Shown in pieces: positions 54,895 to 64,000 of a DNA stretch of 64,000 bases. The position numbers were made by a program, and so were the translations under genes. Location: assembly GCF_006345805.1 (NCBI RefSeq), contig NC_043005.1, positions 31,496,001 through 31,560,000 of the forward strand. Reading direction: 5' to 3'. Source of the DNA: Octopus sinensis (taxonomy: Eukaryota). The notes under the pieces are model-generated. The model saw nothing but the letters and a program-made list of their open reading frames with translations. It was not told the DNA's origin and made no database searches. Each line of letters begins with the position of its first letter. The stretch's first letter is position 1.

Positions 54895-57800
54895 TTTTTT
54901 TTTCTTCTTTCAAATTTGCTTCCATTTCTTGCCGAGTGTCTTCCCGACTCCTAGGGCAAAGAAACTTATAGTATACATTGGTAGGCCATTAAACCAAACT
55001 CAGTAGTTCGTTCATTTTTTTTTTTTTTAATTAAATTAAAATACATGAGCAGCAACAGTTCTCACATCGACAATGCTCTTCTCAATACGTGTGATGTACC
55101 AGTTAAGACAATCTTTTGCACTTCTTGCAGGGATGGTAAGCCAGGGATCATTCTCATATAATTTTCAGTTCCCTTCTTGATCATTCCTAGTGCTCCTACG
55201 ATCACTGGTATTGTAACCGCCTTGAGATGCCACATTTTCTCAATTTCAATGAGTAGGTCTTTATATTTTCTGAGCTTGTCAAACTCTTTCGCTGAGATAT
55301 TATGATCACAGGGGATGCTCATGTCGATCAATAAGCAAACTTTATTGTTTTGGTCTTTCACAGCAATATCTGGTTTATTGGCCTTGATGGTTCGGTCTGT
55401 ATGTACTGGAAAGTCCCACAGAATGGTTACATTTTCTCCTTCAGTTACAGCCTCAGGGTGGTGATTATACCACTTGTCGGCAGTTTTGATATTGTAATGC
55501 CGACTTATTAGCCAGTGGAGATATTGGCCAACTCTGTCATGTCTTAATTTATACTCCACTGGTGCTAAGACTTTACATCCAGAGATTAGGTGGTCCACTG
55601 TTTCAATCATGTCGTTGCAGAATCGGCATTTTGGGTCTGCTCCATTTTTCATCACATTGGCCTGGTAGTTCCGGGTTAATAGGCTTTGATCTTGAGCAGC
55701 CAGGATGAAACCTTCGCTCTCTGCTTTTAGCCCTGAGCTCCGTAGCCACTGATGGGTTTGCTTCTGGTCAACATCAGCTTGTTTGCTGCGGGCCACATAT
55801 TTGCCGTGCAGAGGTTTCTCCTCCCACCTATCAGCCAATTGCTCGTGCGCTTTTTTCATTGCCATCATTTTCACCTTCTTTGCAACAATAGTTGCCGTAC
55901 TTCCCTCGGGTTGTTCAGTTTGGGTATCCTGCACGAGATCAATAGCAAATGTTTTGCTTTCCTTGATGATAGAATGAAGCTTCTTTCGTCTCTCGTGATT
56001 TTCCACGAGCTTTAGCATCCAGTCATTCGATATTTCGAGATATTTGGCCAGCCCAATTGTGGTTGTTTTGTAAGCTAGTTCAAATTGGATCAGGCCTCGA
56101 CCTCCTTGGGCTCTGGGAAGGTAAAGGCGATCTACGTCTGCCTTTGGGTGGTGCATCCTATTACAACTCAGCAGCTTGCGTATTTTTCTATCTATATTCT
56201 TTACTTCACTCATATTCCAGTTCAACACATTGTAGCTATAAGTAACAACTGGAACTGCTAAGGAATTTATAGCTAACACCTTGTTACGTGCATTTAGTTC
56301 AGATTTCAGGACTGCACGAACTCTCCTATAACATTCCTTCCTGATTTTCCCTTTCATGCTTACATGCTGAATACCAGAGCCTTCATTTATCCCTAAATAT
56401 TTGTATGTTTGTTCTTGCTCAAGCTCTCTTATGACTGTGTCAACATCTAACACGACTGAATTTGTGGTCTTCACTTTCCCTTTCTGGAAAGTGGCCTTGG
56501 CACACTTCTCAAGTCCAAACTCCATCCCGATGTCATCGCTGAATGCTTTCACGGTGCGCAATAGGCCTTCAAGTTCATTATTGTCTTTACCATAAAGTTT
56601 TAAGTCATCCATATAAAATAGATGGCTTATTTTTTTATTGGCAATTTTATACCCATACCCTGTTCTGTTTAATTCACTTGTAAGGGGTATTAGGGCTACG
56701 CAGAATATTAAAGGTGAAAGTGAGTCACCTTGAAAAATTCCACAGTTGATGTTTATATTTTCTGAGGCAAGTACTCCATTAGAGTGGTATAATTGGAGAT
56801 TCGTATTCCACAACGACATATTGTGCTTCGGGAAGTTTGAAATCACAGGGGAAATTTTGAAGATGTCCAGCGATCTCAAGATCCATGGATGCGGTATACT
56901 GTCGAAGGCCTTTTTGTAGTCAATCCATGCGGTGCTGAGATTTCTGCGCTTGTTGTGACAGTTCTCAAGGATCATACGATTGATTAGCAGTTGATCTTTG
57001 CATCCGTAAGAGCCTCGGTGGCACCCTTTTTGTTCAATGGGGAAAATATCGTTCTTCTCCATGAATGCATATGTTTTCTCCGCCAGGATAGATGTTAGGA
57101 TTTTATACGTGGTGGATAGACAGGTTATAGGCCGATAGTTTTTTGGAAGGTTAGTTTCGTTATTCTTTGGGAGTAGGTAAGTAATGCCACTTGCTAACCA
57201 TTCAGGTGTTTTCTTTGGGTCTCTCATAATTCCATTGAGCAGCTGAACTAGCTTACCGTGTGCGCATGGGAGCGATGCGAGCCAGAAATTCGGCACCCTA
57301 TCTTTACCGGGGGATTTCCAATTATGGCCTTCGTGAGTGCCTTTCTTAGGTCTGCTATTGTGATGTCTTCCCATGCTTGTTGTTGTAATTTTGGTAGGAT
57401 CCTTCAGTTTGTATAATCCAGTCTGCATTTATGTTGTACGTCTTCTTGTCACTCCAAATCCTTTTCCAAAAGTTTTGAACTTCTTCCATGGGAGGGGGGT
57501 CTTTAACGGTTACTTTCTCCTTCCCTATTTCTCTGTAGAATTTTTTGGCATTGGATGTGAACAGCTTATTTTGCTTGTAAAACTTGTTTCTCTTCTCAAA
57601 TCTTCGTATTCTTTGGGCTTTTGCTTGGACTTTTTGTTTCAGCGTTTCTTTTATTGATATCAGTTCTTCTCTTGGTGAGGATCCAAATTTTCTCTTCATC
57701 TTTCTTCCTGTTCTGGATCTTACATCAATTCCACATATTAGTTCATTTAATATTAATATTTCCCCTCTCATAAATTCAATCTCTTTTTCAATTTTACTTC

Positions 57801-58720
57801 TCCAGGTTTGATTTCTTCCCAGGTTTTGTTTTCTTTGTTTTTTCGGGGGCATTCAGCTGGTTTCAATTGCCCTAGCAAAAGCGTAAATAATTTCATTTAA
57901 CTCAGTAAAATCAGGTTTTAATTCTCGTATTATTTCATTTGTTACATAGTTGCCAATTTGGATTTGTTTTTTATTTTGGTTTGTATTTGAGAGTCTTACA
58001 ACTTCAAGCGTATTCAGGATTTTCTGCCTCATTTCTGCCATAGACTCTCTGTGTTCTTCAGCAAATGCGAGATCTTCAGTTACTGTTGTTTTTTCGTTTT
58101 CCTGGCTATCTTTAACAGGTACAATAGAATTTCTTGTATCTTCAGGCCTTTGCGTACTTTGGTCAGATGGCAGTCTTTCAATTAAGCCTCGTGGCGGGCT
58201 ATACTGTTCATCTGATTCTTCATTTCCTTTGTGTCTTATATTTATGTCATTTTCCGTTGCGTGCTTGATCGCGCTTATTTCACTGTCTGTGAGTCTGTTA
58301 TTTCTAAGGATATCCCTCCTCACATTTGCTAATTTGTTCTCGTCCAAATAGGGCCTACTGTCTTGATTCCGTGTTCTCCATATACTGTAAGAGTTTGCGG
58401 TGTGTCTCTCTTGAGATGGCCTACCTAATGCATAGTAATAAGCGTATATTACTTCTTTATACTCTTCTCGGGTCCATTTGTTCCGCTTACATTTTTCTTT
58501 CTGTGGTGGTTGTGGTGGTGAACTTGGAGGGCTCGAGTTGGGGGATTTCCCGTTCAAGTGACCATCCATGTCCGTATTCGGAGAAGAGTTTGTGCCAGTT
58601 GATGACTTTTCGATCCCAGGCTGGCTCTTCCCTGGGGGACGCGCTTCCAGATTAACCATAGGACAAGCGATTTGGTATACTAATTTAGTTTTCCTTTTAG
58701 TTTCCAAAAATATTTTGGTG
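54894..58720 (-). mobile_element. Near-full-length R4/Dong-like non-LTR retrotransposon
   Basis: Myb-like KWTREEYKEVIYAYY; RT (WIDYKKAFDS, GIFQGDSLSP, YMDD); CRFC..HLISGC; RHD; ANKPDI; IPVIVGALG; 3' UTR abuts (TAA)n at 54842-54893. Confidence 0.95.
55062..57428 (-). CDS. RT plus restriction-like endonuclease ORF of the R4/Dong-like element
   Basis: 788-aa open frame; upstream parts in 57355..57852 and 57853..58707. Confidence 0.9.
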   Translation of the reverse strand: MQTGLYKLKDPTKITTTSMGRHHNSRPKKGTHEGHNWKSPGKDRVPNFWLASLPCAHGKLVQLLNGIMRDPKKTPEWLASGITYLLPKNNETNLPKNYRPITCLSTTYKILTSILAEKTYAFMEKNDIFPIEQKGCHRGSYGCKDQLLINRMILENCHNKRRNLSTAWIDYKKAFDSIPHPWILRSLDIFKISPVISNFPKHNMSLWNTNLQLYHSNGVLASENININCGIFQGDSLSPLIFCVALIPLTSELNRTGYGYKIANKKISHLFYMDDLKLYGKDNNELEGLLRTVKAFSDDIGMEFGLEKCAKATFQKGKVKTTNSVVLDVDTVIRELEQEQTYKYLGINEGSGIQHVSMKGKIRKECYRRVRAVLKSELNARNKVLAINSLAVPVVTYSYNVLNWNMSEVKNIDRKIRKLLSCNRMHHPKADVDRLYLPRAQGGRGLIQFELAYKTTTIGLAKYLEISNDWMLKLVENHERRKKLHSIIKESKTFAIDLVQDTQTEQPEGSTATIVAKKVKMMAMKKAHEQLADRWEEKPLHGKYVARSKQADVDQKQTHQWLRSSGLKAESEGFILAAQDQSLLTRNYQANVMKNGADPKCRFCNDMIETVDHLISGCKVLAPVEYKLRHDRVGQYLHWLISRHYNIKTADKWYNHHPEAVTEGENVTILWDFPVHTDRTIKANKPDIAVKDQNNKVCLLIDMSIPCDHNISAKEFDKLRKYKDLLIEIEKMWHLKAVTIPVIVGALGMIKKGTENYMRMIPGLPSLQEVQKIVLTGTSHVLRRALSM

Positions 58721-59097
58721 CTACGATAATGTTATCATTTTTTAGCTTTGATTGGCTCGTGGGGAGACGGCCATCATTGCCGTTACAATTATAATCGTAC
58801 CATTATAGCAGCCGTAGTCTTATCATCACCATATTATGGTGTAGTTATTATCATCACCATTACCATCACTATCATCATTATCACCACCACCACCATCATC
58901 ACTATCATCATCACCATCACCATCACCACCATCATCATCAATGATATTGTTTTATGTGTAGTCACAGCAGTATCTTATTATTGTTATTTTTGTTTTTTTA
59001 ATCATTATCACCATCACAGTAGTGTCTGTCTGTCTCGTTTGCTGGCTTGGTGGTTGGCTGGCTGACTGTCTTCAACACCAGAGTGTTGAAGACAGTC

Positions 59098-59151
<54 letters not shown>

Positions 59152-59154
59152 GCT

Positions 59155-59345
59155 AAGGCAGCCAGCTAGCAGAATCGTTAGCACGCTGAACGAAGTGCTT
59201 AGCGGTATTTTGTCCGTCGCTTCGTTCTGAGTTCGAATTCCTCTGAGGTCGACTTTGCCTTTCATCCTTTTCGGGTCCATAAATTAAGTACCAGTAAAAC
59301 ACTGGGGTCGATGTAATCGACTATCCCTCTCTTCAAAATATCAGG
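59155..59345 (+). mobile_element. SINE family B, downstream of (TTA)n
   Basis: GAGTTCGAATTCC B-box and GAGGTCGACTTTGCCTTTCATCC core. Confidence 0.75.
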
Positions 59346-59399
59346 CTATGTGGTGAGACAGGACATTTGAGGGCTTTCTGCCCTTACCAGAAGACAGAA

Positions 59400-60520
59400 A
59401 ACTATGGAAGTCCTTTACTGCCAGCATCAGGTCCCCCAAAGCCTACAAAAAAAAAACATTAATGATCAGCATCAAAAGCAGCTCCAACCCCGGCATCAAC
59501 GGCATCATCAACAACAGGAAAAACAATATCAGTAAATGCTGGTAGATTACCAACACCAACAACAACAGCAACAATAGAAATCCCAGTATCTTCCTCAACA
59601 TCAGCCACAGCTGCAACACCAGCAACTACAGCAACATCAGCAACACAAACAATACCAACGACGCCAGCAACGAATGCACCACCATCACTCCCTTCAACAG
59701 CTGAAGGAATAATAAATATGGACACACATAGCACCTAGTAGCTCCCCCAACCAAACTCTCCCACATCCCTCCTTCCGTCTACTTCAAGCCCAAATACGTT
59801 CATTGACTCACACCTCAATTCCATAAACATGGATTCATCTGCAACATGCAGTGAATATGGAGGGTAACCCCCAAAACCAATACGAAAACTAAAAGGAATC
59901 ACAAGAAAACGTCATGATCTACATCAACACACACACACATCAGAAAACATAGCAAACAAACACACCTACAGAATCAACAACCCCTCCAGCACTGCAATCA
60001 CAAACAGTTCCAACAACACTAGCTCAACTGCAACAACCGCCCAAAAGAGAGCACTCGCAACAACAGCAATCAGCCACAGACACACACACCAAACTTCTTG
60101 GGAGTGAGGAGGACCAACAAATAATTGATGGATCTCATAGCGCGAAGGATGGAGGTCGAGAGAGAGGGTGTGATCTTGAGCACCATCCCTTTTCAAGTGC
60201 CAGAAATACTAGTATTGGTACGAATGCCCTTAGAAACTTATGAAAATATTAGAAAGAGTTTTCCTCAAGAAGCGGGAATCACTAATGTAAAATCCACGAG
60301 TAGGCTTATCATGGGGTTCACCGAAGAACACCAACAACTGATGGACGTTGAGTCAGCTGACCTCCAGCGATAATCGGGGGTAAGTAGACGCCCTTTTGTA
60401 TCTTCTTCAAATTCTGTCCGATCATCATTGTGTGTTTAAGAGTTGGTAATATAAATGTTCGTGGTGCGATTGGGACGCCATCTTGGATGCCTGCCTGGAT
60501 AGGGTGGGGCTAGCCAATAG
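59400..60520 (+). mobile_element. L1/Tx1-like LINE 5' remnant (ORF1 pieces and start of AP endonuclease)
   Basis: Low-complexity T/A/P-rich ORF1-like segment, ORF 60125..60373, then LRVGNINVRG at about 60437-60466 matching the N-terminal APE motif. Confidence 0.5.
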
Positions 60521-60549
60521 GAGAGATGAGTGCAAAAGACTCAGAAAAC

Positions 60550-61450
60550 TGTTCAGTCACTTTCAATTAGCTAACAGGTTCCGAACGATTTTCATAAATT
60601 CTTTTCCAGTTTCTACAAATATGCCCCCAGAATACTGTAACCTTACAACTGTCATAAAATAATTTTGATGTCTAACTAATTAAAGTTTCGCTTTGGTTTA
60701 TACGATAAATTCAAACACCTAAATTAACCATGTCGCTAATTAATGATATTGCTCTTCATATTCCACATTTACGATGACAGATTGCCGAAAATGAAATATT
60801 CCACTGTCTGATATTACTTTCACCGTTAAACTGGTTTTGTATTTTCAATTTTGTAGTTCAGTTCTTTTAAGTACTATATCAGGTTTCTCGTGCCTTCACC
60901 CGATAACTTTTAGGTTAAGCCGTATTTAATATCGGTTTACTTCTGTTCTGATTCATTTAGCTGAATATGAACCAGGAATGGTTTTCTCCGTCATAGTTTT
61001 GCTATTTTGAATTTATCTTTTTATTGATCCATTTAGTTTCTGTTTTATATAGTATTGCGTCCTTCTTATACAGAAAAGTTGATTCTTACTTATTTTATAA
61101 ACCCTCCTGCTAGTTATTCAATATCTGTTCTCTTTCAAATAATTTTCTAGTCTCACTGTACTTTCTTCTATAATAATTATAAAATATGATAAGAACTCTT
61201 CATCTTTGTGTACGTAGCAGATATTTTCCATGAATGTCAAACTTTAAGTGGCTAATTTCGATTACAGACAATAGCCTTCTGCTTTCATAGTTAAGCTTCC
61301 AATTTATTTAACTTCCAATATGTCATTTTCAAAATGCTGATTGTAATTGAGATAACAAATTACTTTACACCTCATCTAATGTCTGAGATTAATTTTCATT
61401 ATATCAGACTAACACTTTTCTAACAATCTTTCAAATTTTCTTCCTTATCT
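60550..61450 (-). mobile_element. Very old R4/Dong-like fragment
   Basis: RC traces IHGKYLLRT, KAEGY and KPDIVLK in the same order as in the young element. Confidence 0.45.
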
Positions 61451-61680
61451 GTGCATAATATATATCATACTTTGGGGAATTTGTTTTATTTATTTCACTC
61501 TTCACCATCATCATCGTCATTTTCATAATAATTCAAATTACGATGAACGTAAACAAACAAACGAAGTTTGCTTTAGAAGCGTTGAGATGTCTTAGAAAGT
61601 TAAAGAAGTCATTTTAAATTGATAATGCTAATAATAATAATAACAGGATAAACCACCCCTATTTTGCAGAAAAAAGTGTT

Positions 61681-61762
61681 AACGGCTGGCTATGAGATTC
61701 GAACTCACACCTCCGTGATTACGCGTCGCGGTGCTCTGAACCATTAAGCTAAACCGTTCGTT
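61681..61762 (-). pseudogene. tRNA-like sequence (pseudogene or short SINE) followed by a T6 tract
   Basis: D-arm GCTT/GAGC with AATGG, T-arm GTGAG-TTCGAAT-CTCAT, anticodon loop CG-CGT-AA; imperfect acceptor stem. Confidence 0.55.
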
Positions 61763-63038
61763 GTTATCATAAATGAATACATTTCCCAATAAAACGTGAT
61801 AAACCACCTGGCCCACATCAGCAGATTCACGTACATTACAATTGATTTATTTATCTCCTATTCGTGTATGTATTGTTTAGCAGAGTGGGCAGACAGCGCT
61901 ATTTTATGTGTTGTAGGGATGGGGCAGTTTTGATAATTATTATAGCATATGTATTTGTGTTGTTCTAAATTTCTATTAATTATAACACGTAATTTCGCTG
62001 CAAATGTTTGATGTTTCAACCTCTACTATTTGTATAGGATTTTACATTTAATAGTTTATTTAGGTATTCTGAAAAATATTTTTATCTACTGAAACTACTA
62101 TTAGCAGGTCTTTACTACATATATATTTTATCGTAAATCTTACTGTACCAGGTTTTCTATTAAATCTGAGAATTTTGAAACAACTTGATCAAGTGTTTTT
62201 CTGCGAATTCGAATGATCTATAACCATCTGAGATCATATTTCATGTCATATTCAGTGAGCAGCATACAAGAAAACCTTTAGTCATAATGTCAAAGTCAAA
62301 TATATGATTTGTGCCTGTCTTTCATCGTTGCTTAAAGAAAATCCTCTTTTTGTTTTCTTTTTTGTTTTTCACACAGTCTGTCTAATATAATATTCTGAAA
62401 TATTTTATTTCATTGTTTTTTAAATCTTTCCCCAAAAGATTCTCTTCTTTTTTTCATGTTCTCTTCTCTATTCTCTCTTTTATTTTACACACCTTTCTTG
62501 GAAATAGGGAAGCCGATATTATTTCATTATTTATTTCTTTTCATGCATATACTGCTGTCTACTAAATATGTATGTAAACATGCCATGTGTGTGTATGTAT
62601 GCATGTATATAATATATTTATATCTGTTTGTGTGTAATATACATATATGTGTGAGGTGTTTGTTAATATATATAGTTCTTTAGTTGTAGATGTTGATTTC
62701 ACATCCTATAATGACAATATTTTCAAATTCGTATTCTAAATTCTGCCACCACTGTTTATATTGATGTTGTTTTAGTATCAAATCTCATCAATTGTCTATC
62801 TTCGGAGTGATTGCAATAAAACTGTTCATTACTTATGATACAATTCAGCCTGTTATTGTATCATAAAGAGTTAATCTTATAATTCATTTAATTTCATATG
62901 TTTATACTGTGCCTGGATTATTTTTTCTTTTATATTTTCTCTTTTAATTATTCAATTAATTACTTTATTTTTTACTGATGACGTAATTGTGGTTCTGATA
63001 CAATAATTATCAATACTAAAATTGGGGCAATAACTCAC

Positions 63039-63230
63039 CAAATCCACTCAGCTGGCAGATTGCAAAGGAAGGAAAGAAGTCAGAGGGAAGCCAGCAATGA
63101 CTTAAAAATCTCTAGATTAAGGGTAGAAAGAGAAAAGCTGATTCTAGATGAGAGAGGTTTGTAGGTCAATGCCTACCTTCAAAAACCAACCTAATGAAAC
63201 ATCAGCATGAAGACTATAGAGACGGGAAAC
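63039..63230 (-). CDS. Two phase-compatible candidate exons (63177-63230, 63039-63111) with 65-nt intron
   Basis: Donors AAG|GTAGGC and TTG|GTGAGT, pyrimidine-rich acceptor; joined peptide VSRLYSLHADVSLGWFLKRFLSHCWLPSDFFPSFAICQLSGF unrecognised. Confidence 0.2.
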
Positions 63231-64000
63231 CTGAGCAATTGACAACATCTTTTGTAACAACCAGGTCCTCGTTTAAGTATATTCACATTTACGATATATT
63301 CACATTGCGAATATATTCACATTTCTGATTGACTTAGTATTCGGTGGCTAACATTGCGACTCTTTGATGCGAAAACTAAGAGTTTGGACAAGCCAGTTCA
63401 AAAACCAACATGTGAAAACGATATGACTATGATATTCTGGAGCATTCTAGTTCAAACAAGATTGAGGAACGTGTGGCGGAGGGACTGTGTAAATATAACA
63501 GAACTGTGGATTGGTAATTTATGTTTTCTAATAGATATCTAGATAAGTTTCTGAGAAAAATGCAATCCACGTGACAGATTCTTGAACTGGAAATAAACAA
63601 GTTGAGGGGTTAATAAGTCAAAGAACAAGGGGAATTAAATAAAATTAACAACGCCATAACAACGTATCGGGTTTTACATATACTAAAACGAATATCATAT
63701 AAGTCGCCGTTGAGTTTTAATTCAGCAGTTCGAGTTATCCCGTACAAAATCTATAAACATTCGGCAAAATCACCATTCAATAGCACAACCCACAAAACAC
63801 AACGAATCCTTAATAACACAATATTCACTCTTAAATGAGATCTGATACTGTAAGACATCTCTCATACTACCAATGACTCCCAATGCACAATCTACACTTG
63901 TGCCAGCGCAATCCACTTAAAATTCCCGATCATACTCTAATCAATCATCAACAGGAAATAAAACGCGCAACATAACTTACCCAGTATATACAAAAATAAC

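Overview
AT-rich, microsatellite-saturated animal genomic DNA, almost entirely made of transposable-element debris. The SINE families and (TA)n/(CA)n/(TAA)n/(GATA)n density suggest a cephalopod, probably Octopus; this is inference from recalled repeat families, not a database match. No host gene could be established; only a few low-confidence exon candidates were found. Recognisable elements: a Naiad-like Penelope element with inverted termini (8.2-11.0 kb), a full-length mariner with TIRs (22.2-23.5 kb), a Tc1/maT remnant, a deleted pogo-like element, two RTE fragments, a CR1-like RT, a Gypsy remnant, Helitron-type elements, L1/Tx1-like remnants, three R4/Dong-like elements (one nearly intact, 54.9-58.7 kb) and at least four tRNA-derived SINE families. 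Most notable: (1) two SINE copies whose 5' end is fused to the same 35-nt 3' end of U6 snRNA; (2) more than a dozen hammerhead-ribozyme motifs from several unrelated families, nearly all with a self-complementary stem III, many in tandem or tail-out palindromic arrays up to 2.3 kb. All alignments and folds were done by eye; element boundaries are approximate.
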